NCBI GenBank assembly: GCA_964188305.1
Contig: OZ076900.1
DNA: 64,000 nucleotides
Source of the DNA: Podarcis bocagei
Taxonomy: Eukaryota
Strand: one strand, 5' to 3'
Positions 1-12,616 of the stretch are shown here, piece by piece (position 1 is the first letter of the stretch; each line of letters starts with the position of its first letter). The notes below the pieces were generated by a model. That model was not told the DNA's origin and ran no database searches. It worked only from the letters and a program-made list of their open reading frames with translations. The position numbers and the translations under genes are program-made.

Positions 1-275
1 GCACGGCCATCAAGCACCAGAACTGCAGCACAACTAAGGCCATGGAGGTGTGAACCCAGAAGGGCCACAGAGAAGCTAAGCAAAATGCATGTAGCTGAAC
101 TCTCAACTCCCATCAACCATGACCACAACATCTGGAGGGCTACAGGTTCCTTAGACTGATGGGACTCCCATCAGTTCAAGGCAGCCTGGCCGACATTCAG
201 GGAGCTAGACATCTAGAGGGCCACATTGTCTTCATCCCCATTCTACTGCTGTTTCATATCAGAAGACCCATTTAC

Positions 276-380
276 CTTATTGATTCCACATTCAGTGCCA
301 TCCAGGAGGGGAATGAGGATCCGAGTGCAGCTGGATTGGTCAGCTGGATTAGTGTGGCAAGAAAGAACTTTGCACATATC
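276..380 (-). CDS. ADAMTS13: ADAMTS13 disintegrin-like exon
   Basis: 105 nt; [35 protein letters not shown]. Confidence 0.95.
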
Positions 381-3300
381 CTAGAAATAGGAGAAGGGGG
401 GTGGAAGATAGGTGACCTGCTGCTTTATTGGTTATTATTTATTTGACTTAGGGAAAACATGGGAGTGGGGAGTGTAAGGGAAACCACTCCCACAGCCTCA
501 GCACACTGCCACAACACTGGTCTACCTTACTGGGCTGTTGTCCAATATGACAAAGATAACGTACATGACATGCTTTGAACATGCTAAAACGCAAAGTGAA
601 TCTGAGAGCCAGTGTGGTGGTGTGTCAAATTAGGATCTGGAAGACCAGGGTTCAAATCCCCTTCTCAGCCACAAAGCTCACTGGCTGATCTTGGGCCTCT
701 TACCATCTCCCAGCCTGTCCTACACCACAGAACTGTTGCAAGGATAAAATATGGGGGGGACCGGCGCAAAGGGAGAAGTGGAATGTATGACACCTTGAGC
801 TTTTTGAAGAAAAGATAAGATAAAAATGTAATACGTAACTGAATTGGAAATGTTATGATTATTTGCATGTAATATCAGCATAATCCAGCAGATAAATGTA
901 ATACATACAATGTCGTGCCTGGAGAAAGTGCAAGCTGTAGCTCCGCCCCCAAAGGCCGTTTTGCACTGCTCATCCACCCCATAATAAAGGCCTGGCTTCC
1001 CTCCTGGGATATTATCCTTGAGGTCTGGCAAGTCATTTGTGCAGCTTGCTTGGCCTGTACTGGGGGAAAACCAAGACAGAAAAATTGCTTGTGGATTAGC
1101 TTCAAGGAGTGCCAACTGTTATTAAATGCGTAGCCCACCAGTGATCTCTTTAAAAAACCAATGGGTTCCATCATAGTCCAGATGCTAGGGCAGGGCTATG
1201 CAGATAGAAGAGGTGGAGTCAGGAGTGGTGTGGCCCGTTTTGCTGCTTGAAGCAGAATGGAAAGTGTTGCCTGGTTGCTGCTGTACCTGCTTCTCTGCCC
1301 GCCCTGCTACCTCCACCACTGGTGGAAAAGCGGTCCCTGTATCTGCACCAATTTGCATGAATCTTGCTGAAATCAAACTGGGATATTGCCTTTGGGGGCT
1401 TCAACCACCTCAGTCCGCTTAATGGTCGAGCCACTCTGGGCGGGGTCATGTAGCTAGGAGATAACTATGCAGATAAGTCTTACCTCAGCTCTCACTGGCT
1501 GTCATTGAGTTCTATGGGGCTGAGCAAAGCCACTCCGGGAGAGGCTGTTTATAATATGCAGATGAAGTGGGATGGGCTATTCAGATAGGAGCTGGCTGAG
1601 CTCTCTGGGAGTGCAGTTTAGTATTTGCAGATGAAGGAAGTGGGGCTATGAAATTGAAGGCTGACTCAGCTTTCAGTGGCTTCCACTGACTTCTATACAC
1701 TGGCGGGGTATAGTGCGGGGGGAGCGCACTGTCCGTGGCAGAGCGATCCCTGCAGGGTGTCATCGCGGCTGCCCCTCCCCCGGCCCACGCTGGGCGCCAT
1801 GCCCCTGCAGGCGGTGTGCCCCACCCCCAGGATGCGTGCCAGCCCCGCCCCCGCCTGCTCTCCGCCCCCCCCCCCCGCCAGAGCATGAAGCTCCGGCACT
1901 GCTTCTATATGAATCATTAACTTGCCCTGGGGCTTTGCTATTGAATTGTTAGTAAGATTATAGTAATAATAATAAAAAGGATGGAAAAGGAAGATTCCCT
2001 TATAGCAGGAGATATTTACCCAGTTTTATTTCCCCACACCCTGTGGAGAACAGATCCTGAAATACAGCGGTACCTCGGGTTACATACGCTTCAGGTTACA
2101 TATGCTTCAGGTTACAGACTCTGCCAACCCAGAAATAGTACCTCGGGTTAAGAACTTTGCTTCAGGATGAGAACAGAAATTGCGCGGCAGCGCAGCAGCA
2201 GTGGGAGGCCCCATTAGCTAAAGTGGTGCTTCAGGTTAAGAACAGTTTCAGGTTAAGAACAGACCTACGGAACGAATTAAGTACGTAACCAGAGGTACCA
2301 CTGTAACTTCTCCATGTCTATAGGTAAAGGACCCCTGGACAGTTAAGTCCAGTCAAAGACGACTATGGGGTTGTGGCACTCATCTCGCTTCAGGCCGAGG
2401 GAACCAGTGTTTGTACACCAACAGCTTTCCGGGTCATGGGGCCAGCATGACTAAACCGCTTCTGGCGTAACAGGACACCATGACAAGTGCCAGAGCACAC
2501 AGAAACGCCATTTACCTTCCTGCCACATTGGTACCTATTTATCTGCTCGCGCTGGTATGCTTTTGAACTGCTAGGTTGGCAGAAGCTGGGACAAAGCAAC
2601 GGGAGCTCACCCCGTCACGCAGATTCAAACCGCCAACCTTCTGATCGGCATGCCCAAGAGACTCAGTGGTTTAGACCACAGCGCTAGTGGTGGTCTTCCT
2701 GTATATAGACTGATGTGATCCCAGAATCCCATTCTTAAAATGATCTATAAAAAGTGTATGTGACTTCTCTTGCCTGGTGTTTTGTTCCCATTAACTGTGT
2801 GCCCAGGACCAAGTGAAGGATGGTCCATTAGGTGGTGAGCAGGGCACAGCCCTGCCAATCTCAGTCTCCCCCACCCTCCGGCATATCCCACCTGCCTGCC
2901 TTCTTACTTACAATCATTCCAGGGGGTGGGAGCACTCAGCAGGGCGGATTATGGGGGGGAAACAAAAATTAGTTGGCTCTGCCTGATGTTGGCTGGCTCT
3001 CCCTACTGTTGTGCTCCTACCAGTCCCAAGGAACACTGATCCACCACTGCCCAAGAGGTTGCAAAACACATGGTCCGAAGGGCCCCTTGGCCCTTTTACC
3101 TGACAAAGGCTAAGAACTGCTCTCTGCTACAGGCGGACCAGGTCAAATCCACACTGTTGTGGCCACCTTCAGAGCCCATGATGTGCCCATCGCCTGCACA
3201 TCGGTTCCCTTCTCCGTCATGCTGGATCCCAAAGCTGCAATGAAAATAAAAAGGGAAGGAATGAAAGGAAGGAAGTGTGAATAGGTGTGTGTGTATGTGT

Positions 3301-6300
3301 GTGAGAAAGAGAGAGAGAGAGAGAATGAGAGAATGAATCTGAACTTAAATTCTGTGGTTTATTACTGCAAATCATGGCATGAACCTTGCTTGACCCTTGT
3401 ACCAGCCTTATCACAAACATATTCTAAAAGCCAGGCAGGAAGACATCCTGACGCCAGTTGCCACTAAAGTCTGTTCAACACCTGAATGAATGGCATCAAG
3501 TTAATGGTGAGATAATTTTAAGGCAGCAGGTAGAAAAAAAGGATGGGCAGGTTTAGTCAATTGCTTACTTGGAACATATTCTTTCAACCTTTTGTTTTAA
3601 GCAAAACACAGAGAGTGGGAAGCAGGCAAGAAACTGAGATAAGATCAATAGCACAATAACTCTGGAAATTTAGGAATTGTTCATCTCAAGCCCCCCCTTC
3701 TCCACTAGAGGGCTTTGGGTGAATTTAAAATTCCCTAGATTTTCAAGTTAGATAGCTCTCATAGCTCCAACAGCAAAGAGCTTACTCAGCGCTCCCATGC
3801 CTGCTTTGCTTTAAGGTTGGGTGTACTCCCCCCCCCCCGCCTTGCTCTCTGCTTTACTTTCAGTGTGAGTTCTATAGCAAAATTCTCACTTTTCTCACCT
3901 CACAGAGTGTTTGTTGTGGGGGAGGAAGGGAAAGGAGATTGTTAGCCGCTTTGAGACTCCTGAAGGGGAGTGAAAGGCGGGATATCAAATCCAAACTCTT
4001 CTTCTTCTTCTTCTTCTTCTTCTTCTTTTTAAAAACAATTGGGGAATCTTTTACTCTTCAGATCAAGGTGTGGACATATGAAAGAATTTGCTGCCAGCTG
4101 AATAGTAATTTTGCTGTAGCATTTACCGTATTTTTCGCCCTATAGGACGCACCATTTCCCCTAGAAAAATGAAGGGGAAATGTGTGTGCGTGCTATGGGG
4201 CGAATGCAGGCTTTCGCTGAAGCCTGGAGAGCGAGAGGGGTTGGTGCGCACCGACCCCTCTTGCTCTCCAGGCTTCAGGAAACTCTGCGTAAGCCGCGGG
4301 AGCTCTCCCCTGGCTTGCGCAGAGCCGCCTCTTATCCTGGTGCCCGGGCGCGCTGGGCAGTCGCGCCGTGGCTTCGGGTAGCTCTGCGCAAGCCGGGGGA
4401 GCCCTCCCCCGGCTTGCGCAGAGCTGCCTCTTATCACGAAGCCCCGGCACGCTGGGCAGTGGCGCAGGGGCTTCGGGTAGCTCTGTGCAAGCCACGAGAG
4501 CCCTCACCCGGCTTGCACAGAGCTGCCTCTTATCCCGAAGCTGTGGCGCGCTCAGCAGTCGTGCCGGGGCTTCGGGTAGCTCTGTGCAAGCCGCGGGAGG
4601 GCTCCCACAGCTTGCGCAGAGCCGCCTCTTATCCCGAAGCCCCGGCGCGCTGGGCAGTTGCGTCGGGGCTTTGGGTAGCTCTGTGCAAGCCGCGGAAGGG
4701 GTCCGGGTAGCTCTGCGCAAGCCGCAGGAGGGCTCCTGCAGCTTGCGCAGAGCTGCCTCTTATCCCGAAGCCCCGGCCGCTGCGCAGTCGCGCCGGGGCT
4801 TTGGGTAGCTCTGTGCAAGCCGCGGAAGGGGTCCGGGTAGCTCTGCGCAAGCCGCAGGAGGGCTCCTGCAGCTTGCGGAGAGCTGCCTCTTATCCCGAAG
4901 CCCCGGCCGCTGCGCAGTCGCGCCGGGGCTTTGGGTAGCTCTGTGCAAGCCGCGGGAGGGGTCCGGGTAGCTCTGCGCAAGCCGCAGGAGGGCTCCTGCA
5001 GCTTGCGCAGAGCTGCCTCTTATCCCGAAGCCCCGGTGCGCTGCGCAGTCGTGCCGGGGCTTCAGGTAGCTCCACACAAGCCACAGGAGCCCTCCCCCGG
5101 CTTGTGCAGAGCTGCCTCTTATCCCGAAGCCCCGGCGCGCTGGGCAGTCATGCCGGGGCTTCGGGTAGCTCCGCGCAAGCTGTGGGAGGGCTCCCACGGC
5201 TTGCGCAGAGCAGCCTGTTCTGGGGGCTGGGGTCGGGGGAAGTTCGGGCTTCCCCCGCCCCAGCCCCGCGCCTGGGGGGGGGAAATATTTTTTTTCCTTT
5301 ATTTCCCCCCAAAAAAACTAGGTGCGCCTTATGGGCCGGTGCGCCCTATGGGCCGAAAAATACGGATATATATTCTGTCACTTTCATTTCATATAACAAA
5401 TCAAGCTTTATTCCTTTGTGCAAGAACTTCTATGGGTATAGGTTTAAGGGTAAAACACATATTTGTAAATGGACACACGTTATAACTCCAGCAAAAGAGT
5501 CCAAATCTCTCTGTAATGTGTGTATGAATACATGTGAGTGCTGGATATGTAGGTGGGTACAGACAGATGCTTGTAACTCCCCCCCCCAACCCCCAGTTTT
5601 TCCAGGTTGAAGACAGATCATGCACTCTGGCTGTATTCACACCATATATTAAAATAAAGTGTTCATTCTATTAAGTTGTAGGTGGACATAGCAGTCGGCC
5701 TGCTTTTATAAGCAGCCGGCTGTCAACATTGTAACAACAACCCAGGGTTTCCCACCTAAATTAACTTACGTGGACCTGAGTGAAAACTATGGTATATAAG
5801 TACACAATACCCCTGGTGGCCAGGGTGAAAACTTCAATAGATAACACATTCTTTGCTGTTTGAATTGTATTGTATGGTTTTAAATTAGAAAAGTGAAATA
5901 AAAGCACCCAGAAGCATAGCTGTCAACTTTCGGATTTGAAAATAAGGGATCAGCAGCCTCACCTGTCCCGGGGACAGTCTACGGGATATCTAACAATCCG
6001 GGATAGCAGCAGGAAGCAGTGGGAAATGGTGCTGAAATAAGGGAATTTCCCACAAAAAAAGGGAAGGTTGACAGCTATGCCCAGAAGTCACATAGAAAAA
6101 ATATCAGAGGCTGTATACAAACCACAAAGCACAAAGCAGTTTATTCCTTGCAGAGCTACATTTCCAGGCACCCTCAGCAAACAACAGCTCCCAAGATTCT
6201 TTGAGCAAAGTCATGTGTTTTAAATGTGTTTTGGATGCGCTTTAAATGTATGCCGGGGATCTGCCCTTAGCTCTGTATGTTCCCTCAAAACACAAGAGGA

Positions 6301-9300
6301 CTTCCAGCCTTCATTACATATCTTTAGGCACCGGGCAAAAACATTTCTCTAAAACCAGGCCTTTGGCTGATTAAACATTATATGGCCTTTTCAGTGCATT
6401 TATGAAAGGGGGGGGGTATTGATTTGTTTTTGATCATGCATTTTGTGTTTTCATTTGGTATTTTTAATGTTGTGAACTGCCCTGTGATCTTCGGATGAAG
6501 GGTTGTATACAAATTCAATAAATAACAATGATGAGATTAATTCCTTGCCCACTGACCTGTGACCGATCTCGTGGGCAATGGTAACTCCCAGACCAAATCC
6601 AGTGTCCTCGGTGATGATGCAGCTCCATGAACTGGAACAGGCCCCGCCCAGCTGAGTGACACCACGCACTTGCTTGTTTCCATCAGGTAATTCCAGGTCA
6701 AATCTAAAGCAAAACAGGTAAAGAGGAAGAACACTAGAACAATGGGGGGGGGGAGCTCCTCCAGAATGTGTTTTGTGGGAGTGCAAGTGCATACTGGAAA
6801 ATTTAGGTTGTGCACAATTAAAGTGGGATTAAAGAACTCTGTTGCCCTAGTGCAACAAATCTACTTTTAAACAAAGTTTGACTTTTTTGAAGTTAGGAAA
6901 GTGGAGGGGGGGAATGCATTGAAAAGTGCAGCGTTAAGAAATGACTAATGGAAAGACATATAAACTTCCTGCAAGCAAATCAAGATGGATGTTCAATAAA
7001 GACAGGCATTGTCTAACCTCTGTGTAAGTTTTGTGCAAGCAGATCAGGGCAATTGCTCAGTAAATATGTTGTCTCGAGGAGCCCAGGCAGATGGAGAGAT
7101 AGGAAACCAGTGGCTCTCCCCATGCTGTTGGACTACGATTCCCATTATCCCCTTTCCACTAGCTGTATTGACTGGGGCTGATGGGAGTCTGGAGGGCCAC
7201 AGTTTTTTCTGTCCCTGGACAAGGCTATCAAGAGCTGCTTTGCATTTCCATGGGCATTATAAGACCTACTGAACTGCTAAGTTCCAGCACTGGGTGCTCT
7301 CACACCATCCATGTAGGGACCATGTGCTCACGGGAGAGGTTCAGGCAAGCAAAACTTGGAACACACTGGGCCTATGGTCCACCTTCCATTACACATCACT
7401 CAAAGAAAGGAGAGAGAGCTTAATTTACCTGGTCACGTACAGAACTAGATCTGCATGGTGAGGATCCGAATCATTCTCAGGGTTGACTTTCCCAGCCCAT
7501 TTGCAAATGCTGATGATTGAGGAAGTGATGTTGGTAGAGATGTTGATGCCTTCCTAGAGAGAGGGTGTTCACTGAGGCCACTTTAGTCTCAGGGGTGCCC
7601 TTGTAAAACTCAGCAGGGAGGAGGATGGGCACAAACAAGAATTAGTTGTCTCTGGTTCTCAACGGCTATGGCTCTGCTTGTCATGGACTGGGGCTCCATC
7701 TACTGTTTGGGCTCCTTGCCTCCCCCTACCCATCTCAATGGCCAACACCCACCCAATTAGGGACGTCATTCGTGAGTTGGATTCATTTCATTTACCATTC
7801 ACAAGTTATTGATCCTAGCTTGGCCCACGGCTCACTTTAATATTGTAATCTAAGTGCTAGTTTGTTCCTGCGTGACGAGGGTTCTGGATCTGAGTGTACA
7901 CAGATCCATATGAGGTTAATAGGCCAGGAGGTTCCCAGTAGGGCGCGCTACTGATAAAAGTCCCTAGAACCTGATGCATTTAGGAGATGGACTCACTGTG
8001 CGAGAGGTCCCTACGGAGGGTGTCATGCGTCAGGGTCAACTAAAACCTGGAGCTGACTAGGGCTGGGTGATATCTGCTTTTCAACATTGTGATGTATCAC
8101 CAGCCAAACATTAATAATAATAATAATTTTTATTTATACCCTGCCCTCCCCAGCCAAGGCCGGGCTTAGAGCGGCTTACAAGCAATAATAAAAACAAGTT
8201 GAATGATTACAACTTAAAAACAAAATTAAAATACAACATTAAAATATTGAAACATTAAAATATTAAAATGTAGCCTCATCGCAGGAGGAGAAGGAAAAGA
8301 AAAAAGAAAGAGAGTGAGGGAGGGAATCAAATTGGCTCCAAGCCAAAGGCCAGGCGGAACAACTCTGTCTTACAGGCCCTGCGGAAAGAAATCAGATCCT
8401 GCAGGGCCCTAGTCTCATGAGGCAGAGCGTTCCACATTGTGCTATAGTGAGATAGATATATATAATGATGTCTGAAAATGAAGAGGAAGGAGGACTTCAA
8501 AGCGGTTTGAACTATCTCAGTACAGTAGTCAACCAGCCCTCCACAGCCATTCCTCCTTTGCACAACATTGTAGTTTCTATCTGCACTGATAGGGCAGCAT
8601 ATACCGATAGTATCATCTCGCCTCAGCACCTCTCACTGCCCCCAAGCAGACGCACTGGTTCCCTTCTAGTCTTCCCCATGGACCTCACTGCTTCATGCTG
8701 TGCCTCATGGTGCCAGCGCCACAACCAGTCCCACAACCTCCATCTTTCGGGCAGCCGCTTGAGGGGAAATGGGCACCGCCGCTACAACCAAACCACCATG
8801 AAGGCCTGGGCCTGGAGGTGAGGAAGAGGAGCTAGCACTGCTCTTGCCGCTGCTCCCTGCGTGCTGCCTCCTCAGGGGCTCAAAGGACTCGGGCCATGCC
8901 TCTGCTTCCCAGCGCCAAGTGTGAGGCAGAAAGGAGGAGGCAGCCCACTTGTTTGGCTGGAGAAGGGATGGCCCTGGCAGGCAAGTGCGCAGGTGGGCGA
9001 GCGAGTGAGTGACCACTCCCGTATCTATGGGGATGGCTGGGCAGTGGAGGGAGGGAGGGAGGAGGCCTCAGGTGGCCTTGCATGGCTCTCTGAGGAGAGC
9101 TGAGGACTGAGGAGGCCATGCATGAAACACTGGTGACACCTGCTGGCTTTCACAGTATATTGCCTTGCCTAAAATCGTGAATTTGTCACTGTGATGCAGG
9201 TTTCAAAACCATTTTCGGGTGATTAATCAATACATTGCCCATGCCTAGAGCCGACAAGGTCTTCATTTATTTATACCTCAGGTTCAGTGAGGACAATCAT

Positions 9301-12300
9301 TTGGACTAGGTGAACCCTGAACTGTGCTCCCAGTGACGCATCTCGAAGAAGCTCTGCTCCCTGTTGAGAAAAAGAAAGAAAGCTTAAGGCAAGGGTGGGG
9401 AACATGTGGCTCTCTTAGATATTGTAGGACTACAGCTCCCATCAGCCCCAGCATAGCCAACCGTCATAGATGGAAGTTTTAATCTAACTTTACATGGAGG
9501 GCTACAAGTCCCTGGTTTAAGACAAAGCTATGAGCATATCAACAGCTGTAGATGAATTACAGTGCAGAACACAAGCCATTTCAACTTGTTCTGTGAAGCT
9601 TTGGAAGGAAAGGGCCACCTTTTAAACACTGGTTTTTTGCATTCTCTGTTGCAATAAATGTGAGAGCTAAAACAGTCTCAGAAACGCTGTTACATGCTCG
9701 GAAAAAGTCAGAAGCCCAAGGCAGTACAAGTTCCTCAACTAAGTTTATTCAACATTTGTCAGTGACAATAGCTCACTCATAGGAATACAAGAACCAAACT
9801 GAATGGACGATAATAATGCCAAGCATGAACTGACCGTTGACCGTTGACAGTTGAAGTGCATGCGCTTACTTGCCATTAGAACGTTCGTCTACCAGCGCTT
9901 ATATGATTGGTTAGAATGCGCCTTGTAGCATAAACTGTGTTAAACCCAATACATAACAAACGCTTAACTGAATGGAACCTCCAGATCCAGGGGCAGACTA
10001 TCTCTGGATTCCAGTTGCTGGGGGGAAAGGAGGAAGAGCAAAGGAGGAGGCTTGGCTTTTTGGAAGCCCATGGCTGGCCAACAATGGAAGTGAAACAGAG
10101 TGCTAAAATAAAACAAATGTTTGGTCTGATGAAGCAGGGGTTTTACTGGTGGTGGAGGGGAGGAAGCAAACCTCCAGCGCTATCAGGATGTTGGCAGAGT
10201 TTGCTAGATGTTACTGATGTATAGATATCATTGTGTCACACCTATTTTTTGTGTTCTAGCTACTAGTGCGTTCATGCCCTGCTTGCAAACTTCTTGTTAG
10301 GGCATCAGGCTGGCCCTTGGGATCTGAGAATCCTGCTCTTAGATGAGCTTTTCGCCTGATCCAGCAGGACCTTTTAAAAAAATTTAGTGTAGCATCACAT
10401 AAAAGATACAAACTGCCACATGATCAGGAAAAGAAGGGAGAGAGAGAAAGAAAGAGAGAGAAAACACCTGCATACAGCCAGAGAGCAACTCACAATGTTC
10501 ACGTTGGTGAGGATGTACCTCTCGGTATCTTCTTTGTGGAATTGAAAGACATCTGGGCCCACCACAACCAAAAGCTCCAAGTGTTTCACGTCCCCTTCAG
10601 CCCCTCTGCGGTATCGGGACGGGAACCTCCGCCCTGCAATAGCACACAGACTGAATCCCTCGAGAGCTTCTGCCAAGCCAGTAAATAGTACTGAGCTATT
10701 TGGACCAGTGCTCAGAGCCGATATGAGGCTGCTTCCTTTGTTCTCCTAATATACACATTGTTTACACAGTTTTCTCTGATATAATCCAGTTAACAACAAC
10801 AACAACAACAACAATTTATTTATACCCCCGCCCATCTGGCTGGGTTTCCCCAGCCACTCTGGGAGGCTCCCAGCAAAATATTAAAATACAATAATTCATC
10901 AAATATTAAAAGCTTCCCTAAACAGGGCTGCCTTCAGATCTATGGATGTCATTATCGCTAACGTATTTCATACATACTATATGCGATTTTAAAAGTATTA
11001 CTTGGCTGGAGACCTGCATTGCGAATTTCAGGGGGTGTCTGCATTTTGATTTGCATATTGTTTCAGAGGACAGGTAGGTTCACCTTTACTGCACTGAATT
11101 TCTTCCCCATTCCTACTCTGAACAACATGGACTGACACGCAGACCAGACCCCCTGGTTCTTGACAAGGCTCTGGCAAAAATGCCTACCTGTCTGTGTTGT
11201 TTTGTTGTTCTGTTGGGTCCTTAAGATGATGTGAGGTTTGGGAAGGAGTGGGCCCATCAGCAGCCCTTGGTCTTGTCTTTTAACTGGCTTAATGTGAATC
11301 TTAGCTCCATGGACAATGAAAAATCCTTGCTAGGGGGAGGTAAAAACATCAGAAAGTAAGAGGAATCTCCTGGATCAGGCCAAAGGCCCATCTAGTCCAG
11401 CATCCACCTCTCACAGTGGCCTGCAGGAAACACTCTCCCTTAGGGCAGACTCTAGCAACTGGTATTCGGAAGTACAGTTGCCTCAGCTGTGGAGGCAGAG
11501 CCACTGAAAGCCTTATCCTCCGTGAGTTTCTCCAGTCCTCTTTTAAACCATCCAAATTGGTAGCCATCACTGCCTACTCTGGGAATGAGTTCCATAGTTT
11601 AACTATGTGATATGATTATGATTATTAAATTAAAATTATATTCTTCCCTTGCTGTCAAAGAAGCCCAGGCTGGCAAACCAAAAGCCCACCCCAAAAAGTA
11701 ATACATCTCAATTAACGATATTAAAAAAACATTGTAAAATATATAGAAACAATCACATATCCTCACAGTTAATAATTTCAGAGTTGCCAGAAACAGTATC
11801 TATCAGCCAGATGCATCTCACAAATGGAGAACCACCACTGAGAAGGCCCTGTCCCAGGTCAGCACCAACTTGGTAACCCCCAAAGGCAACATAACCAACA
11901 GGGCCTCCGCTGCCAATCTTGGAGCTCAAGCTGATGTATTTAGATACTTGCAGAAATGTAATATTTGCCTGCCTCGTGGGGGATCTTTGCTTTCTAAAAC
12001 ATTCTGAGACTAAACTCACCAGCTGCCCTTCACAATATGTCATTTGGCCCTCTGCACCTGGAGGACTGAGGACCTCTCCTCCAGCAAAACAGTTGCCCCA
12101 GAAACGGCGTAGCAAACTGTCAGATGAGCTCAGCCTTCGGTTGCTCACGAAGGAAGTGGAAAAGAGGGCTTGGTCCTCTGGGAATTTGAAGGCAAAGACT
12201 TCCCCAGAGGCTCTGAATGAGCAAAGTTGGGTTTTGCAAGATGTCTGTCCAGCATGGCCCTCTTCACAGGAGCAAGTCAGGTATACCACTTTGAACTCTG

Positions 12301-12569
12301 GCACTGTGGAAATTGGGAGTGGAAACACCTGGCGTTAATAAAAAGCAATAGATATTGATGAAGAATTCAAACAAGTGCAGTGATTCTTTAACCAGGTCTT
12401 TGGCTGATTGACATTCAAATGCTCTTTTACAGTGTGTGTGTGGGGGGGTGCTATTTGGTTGTTTTTGTTTCATTTTGATTGTGTATTTTGTTGTGATTTT
12501 ATCCTGTGAACTGTCCTGAGACCCGTGTGTATAGGTTGGTATACAAATTTTAATAATCATACACACACA

Positions 12570-12616
<47 letters not shown>

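Noticed and set aside
4123-5485. Cluster of long overlapping ORFs (140-184 aa) on both strands
   Set aside because: They are translations of a GC-rich, stop-poor minisatellite inside a MITE and contain no protein motifs.
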